NCBI RefSeq assembly: GCF_006345805.1
Contig: NC_043002.1
Span: forward strand, 17,112,001-17,176,000
Length of the DNA: 64,000 nt
Source of the DNA: Octopus sinensis
Lineage: Eukaryota
Direction of reading: 5' to 3'
In this document: positions 11,762-24,468 of the stretch, in pieces
How positions within the stretch are numbered: position 1 is the first letter of the stretch
Layout: every line of letters begins with the position of its first letter
The notes under the pieces: model-generated
Told to the model about the DNA's origin: nothing
What the model saw: the letters and a program-made list of their open reading frames with translations, nothing else
Databases searched by the model: none
Program-made: the position numbers and the translations under genes

Positions 11762-13533
11762 ATATATAAGAAAAATAGTAAAGTGTGAAAAAACGACAGA
11801 AGGCTTAAATGTTAAAAACATATATATATTTGTGTCAAAATGTCTGGAGAATATTGGAAAAATTTTTTTTCCCTTTCATTAAAATGACATAATTTGAAAA
11901 TTTTTAAAGAAATTATCGGTTTTCGCGTGTAGCTTTTCAAATTTCTTGTGACGTTATGTTTATATTGCATGGAATTATCGTTGTTTTTATTTCCAGGAGA
12001 TTTCTAAATAAGGGGAGGTAGTGAGTGATTTTTTCCGGGTGTAGGGAGATAATCGCTTAAAATTTTTTTTCCCTTTTCCTTGTTAATTTCTCTGTGTCAG
12101 TATGTTCGGATGGTTGAGTCTGGGTTTGTACTTTTCAATGAAGAATGTTTCCTTGTTCAGTCTCATTTGTGTGATGATCCGAAAGCACATTGGTAAAATG
12201 GGAAGATTAAAAATTGTGGCAGTAGTTGCTTTGCGCATTTCTCAATGTGCTCACTAAAAGGTATCATTCATATTCTGGGAATGCAATCTGTTGTCGATAC
12301 AGTGTGCATCTGCGCCTGAGTGATAGTCCCGTGGAACCCACGTAGTCTTGGTGGCAGCCCATGAGCATTAATAACATAAATTATGTTTTCAGAGGCACAA
12401 GTAAAGTTAGATTTGATCTTAAATTTCTGTCCCTCTTTAAAGAAGAATTCTGATCCTTCAATAGGTTAGGACATGTGAACAGTTCGATCTACCGCATTTT
12501 TTACTTTTGCATCCGTAATTTTAGAAGACAATTTTGCCTTTGTGAGAATCTTTTTAAGTGATTAGGCTGTTTGTAGCGCTTTTAATGATTTGGTGTATGT
12601 TTAGAATTTCCTTTAATTGGGGTTTTTATGAAGTATGGTAAATTCTGGGTGTGGATGTGGTGAAGGCTTCTTTGTTTTCTGGGGTTTGTATGTAGATATG
12701 TAAGGAGTATTTTCGGGGAGGGGAAAGGTGTGTGTTTTTGTGTTAACTTTTCTTAAAGTTCTATGTTGATTTCTGTTGCACGTCTGATCCCATCCTCTAT
12801 GAGTTGAGCTGGGTATGTCTTGTCAATAGGGTGTTTTTGAGTTCTTGAGTCTAAAGTTCCTGGTATTTTGTTCTGACACTATTGTGCATATCCTTCTTGC
12901 AAAGTTGAAGGGGATGTGTTTGTTAGTGTGTCTTGGGTGGCATGAATTAAAAAGAGGTATTGTTTGGCGTCTGTGGCTTTGTAAAAAATGTATGTTTCTA
13001 TTTTAAGGTTAATTTTTTTAATTAGTATATCCAAGAACGGGAGCCCCTTTGGTTGTATTCCATGTGAACTGTATATTTGGGTTTATGCTGTTCAATAGTT
13101 TTTAAATTTAGGAGTTTATCTATGTTTCCATTCCAGAGAATGAAACAATCGTCTAGAATCGTTTCCAATTCTCTTTTATGTATTGAGAGAGGGAGTTTCC
13201 AAAGATGATAGAGATTCCTGGTAAATGATTATTCCATGTAACCCATTGTTAGTTCGCAATGACTGGTGCTGCCCTTGTACCCATAGCAATTCCGGATTTT
13301 TGACGTGTAAAATGTATTGTCAAACATGAAGTGGTTATGTGTGTGGATGAATTCAATTGATTTAGTAATGAATTCCGTACTGATCCTTTTGGTATTTCTT
13401 CCGGAAATTGGTCTAACCAGAATTGTATTGCCTCCAGTCCATAATTATGAGGTATACTGGTATACAAGTGACTTGCATCAAATGAAACCAGGATGTTTCT
13501 TCCTTGGTTTTTTTTGGAAGGTGGTTTAACATA
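11762..13533 (-). mobile_element. Penelope-like element, inverted 5'-truncated copy (RT C-half, GIY-YIG, 3' end)
   Basis: Reverse complement of 15363-17126; motifs LYTSIPHNYG, QKSGIAMGTRAAPVIAN; ends in a (TA)n tract at ~11660-11761. Confidence 0.95.
11907..11947 (-). ncRNA. hammerhead motif, U3:A8 variant core
   Basis: Minus strand AAGAAAU-UUGAAAA-GC(UACAC)GC-GAAA-ACCGA-UA^AUUUCUU; 7-bp stem I. Confidence 0.6.
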
Positions 13534-16500
13534 CAAACTGCACAACAGAAAACTCACCTTCTGGAACATGTGATAAAAAATTCCAAACAAGCAGATATCT
13601 ACGAGGGATGATAAACTCAACACCAATTATCCTCCCACGCAAATTCCAGATAAAATTAATTCCTAACGAGCCTGACGGACAGAGATCTATTAGAGAAAAG
13701 TCAGCTCTGTTCAATTTTAAATCAGAAATAGAGCTTCTAAGACTCAGGGCCTCCACAAATGAAGAAAAACTTAAAAGCATAGACGAGGAGATGCACAATC
13801 TAATACTAAAATATACCGAGGGACAACCCCTCGATAATACATTGGATCACTGGAAGGATTCCTGTGAGAGAGAAGAGAGAAATTCTCTCCTACGCTGGGA
13901 AAAAACATGGACTTCTTCCAAAAATATAGTGAAACCTTCAAAAATGAATTGGGTACAAATAATCCCTTCCTTAAGAAATTACAATAAATAAAAAAAGAAA
14001 CCTAACAACCCACGAACAACCCCCACTATCCTCCATACACTAAAAACAGAAATCACCCACAACCAACCTTTACAAACCACGCTAGACCTAACAGGGAACT
14101 AGCTGAAAGAGGACGCGTCTATGAAAGCAATTACACCAAAAACAGAACAAACCAACAAACATCCTAATACCAGACCCAACCACCATACAGCACAATACGA
14201 CACTAGGATAAGAAATACACCACACACAAATCACTACTACCCCCTGAAAAACAAACTACTGGTCCCACTAAACACAAGACAAACGCAAAGAACACTATGT
14301 CAAGCAACATCCCACATACAAGAAGTTCGAAACAAAAATATTCCCCATACAGAATTTTACACACACCACAAGCATTAACAACCATAGATTCCCACACACA
14401 CACACAACGATCGGAGCAACAATACCACCACTCCCCCGACCAAATACCACACAACCTCACAGACAACTCATACAAACAAAATTACACCCAACTTTTTTAG
14501 CCAGGACCAGGGACACCAGGACACAGGCTGGAACCTAGTAATAAGGAAAAACCGAAGATAATCAATCTTTCAACCAAACCTCTTTCTAACATAAAAATTG
14601 ACATCCTCGCAAAAGGGCTCAAATTTACACCAACTCCACGCAGAGCAAACCTAATGAACTCAAGGATAATAAACATAATTTTGCAGAAATTAAGACTAGC
14701 AGAAGCATCAAACAGTTTCAATACTGAAGATGAATCACTAGTCACAACAAAAGTGAACACATCCCACACAGAGGAGAAATAAAGATCTTGACGAATTCTG
14801 TAACCACATTGAGAACTTCCCCTACCATACTATACATAAACAGAAAGCTAACTCAAATTTTAACACTACCAATGGAAAGAACTGATAGAACTCCAAAAAC
14901 CAAATGATGAAGATATAACATTAAGGAAGCGGACAAGGGAAATGCAGTTGTAATAATGGATACATCATACTACAGAAATCTTGTAATTTCCTGGCTTGAT
15001 GAAGACCTACATTATGAAAAAATTACCAACTACACCCCACAAAAAATAATGAAAACTCTATCTTCACTAATTAAAACCCATGAAAAGGAACTGACAACCA
15101 AAGAGATTGATTTCCTAACAAACTTTAAATGCAAACCTAGCCTTTTCTATGGTCTGCCAAAAATTCATAAAAGTCAAATTATAAATGAAACCATTAAAAA
15201 ATCACAAAAGACATACATACACACACCTAATCCGGGGGACCTAAAACTACGACCCATTGTAGCTTGCCCAACCTGTGAAACACACAGACTAAGTCTACTT
15301 ATGGACATCCTCTTGAAAGCCTTCCTTAAACATATCGATAGCCATATCAGAGATGACTTAGATATGTTAAACCACCTTCCAAAAAAAACCAAGGAAGAAA
15401 CAATCCTGGTTTCATTTGATGCAGTCAACTTGTATACCAGTATACCTCATAATTATGGACTGGAGGCAATACAATTCTGGTTAGACCAATTTCCGGAAGA
15501 AATACCAAAAAGGATCAGTACGGAATTCATTACTAAATCAATTGAATTCATCCTACACAATAACCACTTCATGTTTGACATACTTTTACCGTCAAAAATC
15601 CGGAATTGCTATGGGTACAAGGGCAGCACCAGTCATTGCGAACTTAACAATGGGTTACATGGAAATAATCATTTACCAGGAATCTCTATCAATCTTTGGA
15701 AACTCCCTCTCTCAATACATAAAAGAGAATTGGAAACGATTCCTAGACGATTGTTTCATTCTCTGGAATGGAAACATAGATAAACTCCTAAAATTTAAAA
15801 ACCTATTGAACAGCATAAACCCAAATATACATTCACAATGGAATACAACCCAAAGGGGCTCCCGTTCTTGGATATATAATAAAAAAATTAACCTTAAAAT
15901 AGAAACATACATTTTTTACAAAGCCACAGACGCCAAACAATACCTTCTTTTTAATTCATGCCACCCAAGACACACTAAAACAAACATCCCCTTCAACCTT
16001 GCAAGAAGGATATGCACAATAGTGTCAGAACAAAATACCAGGAACTTTAGACTGCAAGAACTCACAAACACCCTAATGACAGACATTACCCAGCTCAACT
16101 CATAGAGGATGGGATCAGACGTGCAACAGAAATCATCATAGAAACTTTAAGAAAAGTTCAACACAACAACACCTTCCCCGAAAATACTACCTTACATATC
16201 TACATACAACCCCAGAAACAAAGAAGCCTTCACCATCATCACCCAGAATTTACCAATACTTCATAAAAACCCCAAATTAAAGGAAATTCTAAACATACAC
16301 CAAATCATTAAAAGCTACAAACAGCCTAAATCACTTAAAAAGATTCTCACAAAGGCAAAATTCTTCTAAAATTACGGATGCAAAAGTAAAAAAATGCGGT
16401 AGATCGAACTGTGCAACATGTCCTAACCTATTGGAAGGTCAGAATTCTTCTTTAAAGAGGGACAGAAATTTAAGATCAAATCTAACTTTACGTGCCTCTG

Positions 16501-17126
16501 AAAACATAATTTATGTTATTAAATGCTCGGCTGCCACCACCAAGACTACGTGGGTTCCACGGGACTATCACTCTAGCGCAGATGCCACACTGCATCGACA
16601 ACAGATTGCATTCCCAGAATATAGAATGATACCTTTTAGTGAGCACATTGAGAAATGCGCAAACGCAATACTGCCACAATTTTTAATCTTCCCATTTTAC
16701 CAATGTGCTTTCGGATCATCAACACAAATGAGACTGAACAGGAAACATTCTTCATTGAAAAGTACAAACCCAGACTCAACCATCCGAACATACTGACACA
16801 GAGAAATTAACAAGGAAAAGGGAAAAAAATTTTTAAGCGATTATCTCCCCTACACCGGAAAAAATCACTCACTACCTCCCCTTATTTAGAATCTCCTGGA
16901 AATAAAAGCAACGATAATTCCATGCAATATAAACATAACGTCACAAGAAATTTGAAAAGCTACACGCGAAACCAATAATTTCTTTAAAAATTTTCAAATT
17001 ATGTCATTTTAATGAAAGGGAAAAAAATTTTTCCAATATTCTCCAGACATTTTGACACAAATATATATATTTTTTAACATTTAAGCCTTCTGTCCGTTTT
17101 TTCACACTTTACTATTTTCTTATATA
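13534..17126 (+). mobile_element. Penelope-like retroelement, RT plus GIY-YIG ORF (~13534-16810) broken by frameshifts
   Basis: PLE RT motifs ADKGNAVVIMD, FYGLPKIHK, LRPIVA, LVSFDAVNLYTSIP, GIAMGT, WKRFLDD, NIPFNLARRI; Cys motif CGRSNCATC; GIY-YIG-type IIYVIKC..YVGST. Confidence 0.95.
16945..16984 (+). ncRNA. hammerhead motif, U3:A8 variant core, in PLE 3' terminal region
   Basis: AAGAAAU-UUGAAAA-GC(UACAC)GC-GAAA-CCAA-UA^AUUUCUU; perfect 7-bp stem I. Confidence 0.6.
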
Positions 17127-17349
17127 TTCACCCACGTGCTTTACCAAACAAACTTTCTTATCTATATATATATATATATATGTATTGTTGTGCAAGACTT
17201 TTTATGTGAAGTCGTGTGTTGAAACAGATATTGTTATATTTTGGAATGGTCATATTGCCAGTTTAGCCAATAAAAACACACGCACTATATATTTAGTGTT
17301 ATTTTGCTTCAGTGTTATTTATTTTTTAAATTAATCTTAATATTATTGC

Positions 17350-17394
17350 GGCCAGAGTTCTTTCGTCACACTCCTGTGACCGCATCAGTGGTCC
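17350..17394 (-). ncRNA. hammerhead-like motif, atypical core CUGAUGCG
   Basis: GGACCA-CUGAUGCG-GUCACA(GGAG)UGUGAC-GAAA-GAAC-UC^UGGCC. Confidence 0.45.
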
Positions 17395-17665
17395 TTTGTT
17401 TTCTTCTTTCTTATTTGTGTCTCTCCTTACTAACCGTCAGCCATTTTGTATTTCTATTGTATGTTTTCATTTGCGCATGCTTATATCTCTATGTGCATCT
17501 ACAAACAGAAGATACAAATATTACAGGCATCCCCCCACATACACACACTAAACAAACATAGACGCACATAGAGATATAAGCATGCGCAAATGAAAGCATA
17601 CAATAGAAATACAAAATGGCTGACGGTTAGTAAGGAGAGACACAAATAAGAAAGAAGAAAACAAA

Positions 17666-17710
17666 GGACCACTGATGCAGTCACAGGAGTGTGACGAAAG
17701 AACTCTGGCC
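17666..17710 (+). ncRNA. hammerhead-like motif, atypical core CUGAUGCA
   Basis: GGACCA-CUGAUGCA-GUCACA(GGAG)UGUGAC-GAAA-GAAC-UC^UGGCC; 6-bp stem II, short stems I and III. Confidence 0.45.
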
Positions 17711-18089
17711 GAACTAAGATTAACAATAATGTAAAAAATAAATAACACTGATGCAAAATAACACCAAATATATAGTGCGTGTGTTTTTATTGGCTAAACT
17801 GGCAAAATGACCATTCCGAAATATAACAATATATATCTATATATATATATATATATGCGAGTGCGTATGTGTGTGTGTGTATGTGTGTGTGTATATATTG
17901 ACGTTGTGTCTATTTTCGGCATATTTTGGCATTGGAGGTTTTTTGTTTTGCCCTTACATATAAATTGTTTGTGAATTTAACCTTTAAGGGTGTTTTTTAA
18001 TATGCTGGCCATTGATGTAATTTTTTTCGAGAAATTTTCTCTCTATATTGGATATATATATATATGTATGTATGTATAACACATGTATG

Positions 18090-18145
<56 letters not shown>

Positions 18146-18199
18146 TATATGGGTGCGCACATATATGCGTGTGTACACATTAACTAATTAATGGAAAGG

Positions 18200-18470
18200 G
18201 AGCCGCTGAGATAAAATGAACTTTCATGCCACGAAGGAGTTGTTTGAACCAGATGAAGAATTTAGAGGGGCATCCAATTTTATGGAAAATGGAACTGATT
18301 AGAGTCATATGAAAAGTATCGAATTTTTTTTATTATAACGACAAAGGCCCTGGTTAAATGCCGTGTGATGTTTGATGCATTTTCCTGAAGATGACGAGCA
18401 AAAAATCCTGTTCACAGTAGAACGACCTGATCTGAAACCATAATGACTTTCCATGATACACGTTGGTAAT
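18200..18470 (-). pseudogene. RTE-clade LINE reverse transcriptase fragment
   Basis: Frameshifted ESHYGFRSGRSTVNRIF..RHLQEKC..KFDT..KIGCPSKF, matching the RTE pattern ESQCGFR.GRST.D.IF..RQLQEKC. Confidence 0.7.
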
Positions 18471-18790
18471 ATATCGCTCTGCATTTATTTAATGCATCTA
18501 AAAACAATACATTAATATTGCTAGTAATCATGACTTTTGAATAAAGTTCTTTGAACGCATTAATATCATTCCAAATATTTGAGTAATATATGGCCGACGG
18601 TGGTTGACTTTCATGTGTGTATATATATATGTGTATAAAACTAATATTTTTATTCATGTTGTAAATGTTAATGCAAATATATCCAATACGATATTGTTGA
18701 ACATTTAATTCTTTATCTTAGAGATAGATAACCGAGAGATTCACAAGAGTTTTCATAAAATTTCCTGTCTCAATATTAATAACATCATAA

Positions 18791-19000
18791 AGGCAAGCGA
18801 GGTGGCAGAATCGTTAGCACGCCGGGAAGTCTCTTAGCGGCATTTCGTCCGTCTTGACGTTCTGGGTTTTAATTCTGCTGGTGTTAACTTTGCTTTTCAT
18901 CCTTTCGTGTTCCATAAAATATGTATCAGTAGAACACTGGCGTCGATTTAATCGACTTATCCCCTCTTCAGAACTTGCTAGCGTTGTGCCAAAATTTAAA
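18791..19000 (+). mobile_element. SINE type 1 (OK-like), diverged, alternative tail
   Basis: tggcagaatcgttagcacgccggg head and gtcgatttaatcgact body. Confidence 0.8.
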
Positions 19001-19692
19001 GCCAGTATCAATTACGTAAGGTATAAAATAGTTTTTGTATCTCTATTTGAAGTCAGCTTTTCGACAAAATATGACAACGGCCTACTTGTGGTCTTTGTGG
19101 GTTCGTATGATCTCACTTCAGTTGTTTTCGAATCGAGAGAATATAAACGTTTATGTATGTAGATATACATTTTTAAACACATCTGCACATAACCAGTGTT
19201 TGTGTTTTTACGTCCCTGCATGCTAGCAATTCGGCAAAACATACCGATAGAATAATTACTACGTTGAAAATGAGTAATGAGGTTATTTTAAGGGATAAAT
19301 GTATTCGTAGGCACTACTAGTGTATTACCTCACAATTTAGGCCTTGCTATAAGCATAAAAATAGTTGGTAATTTAAATGGTAAAACATGGTTTAATATAT
19401 TCAGCTAAGAATAATTAGAAGTTCATCATTGGTATTAAAAGTTCATAGTCTAACTGTAGTTCAAAGAACATTTACAGCTGTTTCAGCTTCTTATTTCGAA
19501 GTAAATTTGCATTTATCTCGTTCCAGTTAACAAACGTTAGAAATATACTATCGGAAAATATGAAAATGAAAAAGAAGTTAAAAAGGGAAAAAAATCGTTA
19601 AATCTTGAACTATAATTAAGCTAAATTAATACCAATGATCAACTTCTAATTGTTAATTGTTGCTCCATTTCTTTTCTTAGCTGAATATATAT

Positions 19693-19784
<92 letters not shown>

Positions 19785-21539
19785 CTTACACACACAATCA
19801 CACATACATTTGCACGCAATCTAGACCTTTTTTACCTTATATTCTTTTCGAAGGGTTTTAAATAAGTGTAACTGTTATAAAATATACAACTTACTTTTTA
19901 GCTCTTAATCCTAGGTTTTGATTCAATAGAAAATGAATACTCCTACTCGGATGATATCTAAATCTTATTATAGGGTCATTGTTGAATAGTTTTATCATGA
20001 TCACCTTAACATTATGCTAGGATTAAGCTCTATTCTTTCTTTTCATATGAAATGTCCTCACTCTTATGGCTTAGATTGCTTTATCTATCTTTCTTCTTTT
20101 ACTGGTCCTTAAATTCTCTTCTAAATTCTAATATTTTAATAGATAAAATTTGCTGAGTTTAGATGCGCAATTTTCCCCCACATTTTTAATTCCCATTCTT
20201 AATCTCAATGTGACCTCCTTTGTTTTCCTTTTTAGGCCCATTTTACATGATAATAAGAATACAGTAAGTCACCTCTACTCTTTCGCGTTCTGGTTATCAC
20301 ATTGACTCTATATATTATTGTCTTGCTAGCATCTTCCAAGATATATACTTCTATGTAGGTATAGCGGATTTTATGGTCACAGTGAAATAGGGGTAGGGAA
20401 GAGTATTTGACAGTAATTCATTTATCACAAACAAAAACTTAACTGTCAATTCCCAATGTTTGAATTCTAAGATGTACACTAGTCGCAGCATGTGCTCATT
20501 TGAATGTGATAAAGATAAAGATGAATGGAGCTATATCACCATTCCACTTTATTGACCCCATTATTTCCTTCTGCCACTGTCAATCATAGTAGGTTTTAGG
20601 TATTTTTCCCTACATTGATTGTACTACAATAATAAGAAAAATAAGTAATGTATATCAGTATCTATTTGCAATACACACACACAAACACACACAGACATGC
20701 ACACACAAGAGGACAGAGGTGCATATATATATATACAAACACACGCTCACTCACACACATACATAAAACATACAGACACGGACATGCAAGCACGTGAATA
20801 TGCAGAATACATGCATACAGATGCACACACACATAGATATATACTTATGCATACACACATGTATACATACATATGCATACTACATACATACACACATACA
20901 TACACACATACATACACACATACATACATACATACATACGTACATGCATGCATGCATAGGCACACACACAAACTGACCCACACACATGCGCACAAACAAA
21001 CAAAAATGAACGCAGTGTAAATAAAGGATACAGTCAAGACTATTGAATAGTTTGAAAGATGGAACGAAAATTTTAGGAAAATAAAAATATGAAATACCGG
21101 TGGGTGTGTTAAATTATAAGGCTCAAAAAGAAAATGACTCTCCCCAGATTCAACAGAATATGCTTCAACACACGAAATCACATAAAGAATTTTGGAAACC
21201 AAATCCAAAACGAAGTACCGATGAAATACGGTCGTATTTGCCAAAAAAAAAATTATAATGGAGTATGCTGTATGTTGGAAATATATATGGTCGTACGCAT
21301 TCGAGGAGAGCAGTTTATTTCAAACTGATGTAATGTTTGCATTGATCAGTTTAATGGAACTCTTTGAAACGAAAGTATTGCACTGATACCTTGTTACTTA
21401 TTTGCATTTTTTTCACTTAATTTCGAGCTGTGCGGAGACGACTGGACAGATTTGGTGCGTCAACTTAAGTACCGAATTCAACTAAATCTTCATTATTTCT
21501 TAGACACACACACACATATTTATATATACACACACACAA

Positions 21540-21583
<44 letters not shown>

Positions 21584-21659
21584 TAATAAATGAAATAAAA
21601 CATATGCATATATATAAACATATATGTACGTACCTACCTCTACATGTACATATACACGC

Positions 21660-21839
21660 ATATATGAGTACAGGACACCAAAGGGACGTCGAACACAAAG
21701 AGAAACGAAAACATAGACACAGACCAAAGGAACTGGACATGTTTTTTAAAAACAACAAAAAAATGGAGTACAGGACAAAAAACACAAATAAAAAAAACCT
21801 TCTTCAGTCGCTATGGTTTCATCTACTCTACGTTTCGAA

Positions 21840-21841
<2 letters not shown>
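21660..21841. repeat. probable PLE terminal-repeat fragment with split hammerhead halves
   Basis: Minus strand has ccttcGAAACGUAgag and cgaCUGAAGAagg, but stem I does not close in this arrangement; abuts (TA)n. Confidence 0.35.
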
Positions 21842-21874
<33 letters not shown>

Positions 21875-21881
<7 letters not shown>

Positions 21882-22025
21882 ATTAGAGATAAAACCACTA
21901 TTAGGCAAATCAAAAAGTGAAAAACATAAGCCAATACATAAACTTAATTCAAAAATATAAAAGTCAAATTTAAAAAAAATTATTTAAATAATTTAATCTT
22001 ATAAATTTTAAATATATATATACAA

Positions 22026-22059
<34 letters not shown>

Positions 22060-22485
22060 ATGTATGTATATTTTTATATTTATATATTATTTTATTTATT
22101 AATTTATTAATTATTTTTTTTGTTTATTTATTTTATTATATAAATATCAAAAGTATTAAAAGTTTAATAAAAGATAAAAAGTAACTTTTTATCTTTTATT
22201 AAACTGTTAATACTTTTGATATTTATATAATAAATAAATTATAAAAAAAAAATAATAAATAAATTAATAAATAAAATAATAAATATATAAATATAAAAAC
22301 ATACATACATACACACACACACACATATATATATATTGTATATATATATTTAAAATTTATAAGTTTAAATTATTTAAATAATTTTTTAAATTTTAACTTT
22401 TATATTTTTAGATTAATTTTATGTATTGGCTTATGTCTTTCACTGTTTGATTTGCCTAATAGTGGTTTTATCTCTAATTTAATAT
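21875..22485. repeat. ~610-bp imperfect palindrome with a 1-nt centre (22183)
   Basis: gagataaaaccactattaggcaaatcaaa vs tttgatttgcctaatagtggttttatctc; centre aaaaagt-a-acttttt. Confidence 0.95.
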
Positions 22486-22583
22486 AATATAATATAATAT
22501 ATTCATACTATAAAATTGGATTAATCCTAAATCTAATTTTTCCCTGTAAGTTTGGATTTATTCCCTAATATTATTATTATTAT

Positions 22584-22674
<91 letters not shown>

Positions 22675-22943
22675 TTTATATATGTATGTGTGTATGTATA
22701 TCGATCATACAAATGAATCCGATCAAAAGAAGCGCACCCTAAGCTGTAGAGCAATATATATTAAAGTGAGATTATGCCCTTTTATGTGATTTTCTTAGGT
22801 TTGCTTTATGGCATATCATCCGATCCCGTAACCTGTTAGGTAAAGAGAGGACTTTAGCCATAAGGTTTTGGGTTCTTATTATACGCCAAAAATCCAAGCT
22901 TATTATGGACGTGAAACCTAAGGTAATCCAATAAACCGGCCTT

Positions 22944-23100
22944 GTTCAAATTCCGCCGAGGTCGACTTTACCTTTCATCCTTTGGGGGTCGATAAATTAA
23001 GTACCAGTTGCGCACTGGGGTCGATATAATCGACTTAATCCGTTTGTCTGTCCTTGTTTGTCCCGTCTCTGTGCTGCCCCTTGCGGGCAGTACGGAAATA
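22944..23100 (+). mobile_element. SINE type 1 (OK-like), 5'-truncated
   Basis: Starts at the B box gttcaaattccgccgaggtcgac and continues to the tail. Confidence 0.85.
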
Positions 23101-23140
23101 CTTATCTAACTCCGATATACATGCATATATATATATATAT

Positions 23141-23258
23141 AATTGTTCCACGTCCTCGCGTTGCTGTGGCTTTTTTTCTCTTTTTTTTGTGTTTTCTTTT
23201 TTGGATTAACTTTATATATATGTATATATATACATATATATATATATATATAGATATA

Positions 23259-23302
<44 letters not shown>

Positions 23303-23304
23303 TG

Positions 23305-23376
<72 letters not shown>

Positions 23377-23456
23377 TATTATATAAAGTTAATCCAAAAA
23401 AGAAAACACAGAAAAAAAGAGAAAAAAACACACCAACGCGAGGACGTGGAACAATT
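23141..23456. repeat. inverted repeat (23141-23220/23381-23456) around a (TA)n core
   Basis: aattgttccacgtcctcgcgttg vs caacgcgaggacgtggaacaatt; a related fragment (gttaatccaa..ggacgtggaaca) lies at ~10686-10720. Confidence 0.9.
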
Positions 23457-23657
23457 AAAAAAAGTAGCAACAAAGGAGAGACCTCGATATAGATAAATAG
23501 TGGATGATTTGCATGTTTTATAATTTAGAACAAACAATAGAAGTTGGTCATTATAGTACTCGGCGTTTCGAAATACGGAACGAAGAGCTACGATACATAC
23601 GTAACTCCGAATATTCTAAAGACAACCCCTTACTGTTTGTTCTAAATTATAACATTT

Positions 23658-23691
<34 letters not shown>

Positions 23692-24259
23692 TTTATTATC
23701 TTTTAAACAGTTTAATTAACTTTAAACATATGGTTTATAATAATCATTTATATGTATTTTTATTACTTCCTATTTAATGAAATTTAAGTTTATGTTAGTC
23801 ACTGGTAATTTAATATTATAACTAGTAGTGGTGATATATTAATGAGTATGAATTATTTTATTATAAACTTTTGAATGATGAAATAATGTTTTTCACACAT
23901 AAAAATATATGTTAAGTTAATTTCAATCGTGTTTTGCTTTTGAAAAAAATTATAAGGCTTGAACTTTCATTATAGTATTATAAATGAAAGACCGGTGGGG
24001 TTATTATTTATATGGATTGGAAGATTGATCGCAATTTACCATATAATTTAGTTATTGTAATTTAAAATTAATACCGATACAATGAACATTGGTTTACTTG
24101 TCTCTTTGTTGTAATTTTATTAACGTTAGTGTTTAATCCTGTTTGATTGATTGAAATAATGTGGTTAATAGCTTTTACTTTTATATTACACTACGGAAGA
24201 CGGTAGGGAATATAAATTTTGTATGACCTCATGGAGTTGTCGCTGTTTAGTTAGGTATT

Positions 24260-24468
24260 TAGCCGAGCCGAGTCGAGCCAAGCCATAGCGCTCACTGTGG
24301 TCCCGTAGCCGTGGACAGCGGGCCCAATGGCGCCCATAGCGAGCTCATTCCACACCTTGGACCCTAAGTAAGGCATGTGTAAAATTTGAATGAATTTGGT
24401 TGAGTAGTTCTCAAGTTTCAGGGATTCAAACAGACAGACACACGTTCTCAGTTTTATATAGAGAGAGA
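24260..24468 (-). mobile_element. non-autonomous Helitron-like fragment
   Basis: Minus strand begins tctctatataaaactgagaacgtgtgtctgtctgttt, resembling the TC start plus (CTGT)n leader of small invertebrate Helitrons; GC-rich end. Confidence 0.45.

Larger units (their letters stand above)
17228..17832. mobile_element. fold-back element, 274-bp inverted arms (17228-17501/17559-17832), 57-bp spacer, one HHR-like motif per arm
   Basis: Arms align by eye; the mirrored ORFs 17304+ and 17499- in the track are near-identical; (TA)n nearby on both sides. Confidence 0.85.

Noticed and set aside
17304-17756. Two near-identical 85-aa hydrophobic ORFs on opposite strands
   Set aside because: A by-product of the inverted repeat; no protein motifs.
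21797-21840. Possible type II hammerhead (CCUUC-GAAA-CG-UA..CUGAAGA-AGG, minus strand)
   Set aside because: Stem I cannot pair (GAGU vs GCGA); at most two halves of different motifs.
23556-23600. Ribozyme-like words cgtttcgaa and acgaagagctacg
   Set aside because: On opposite strands and too degenerate to fold into an HHR.
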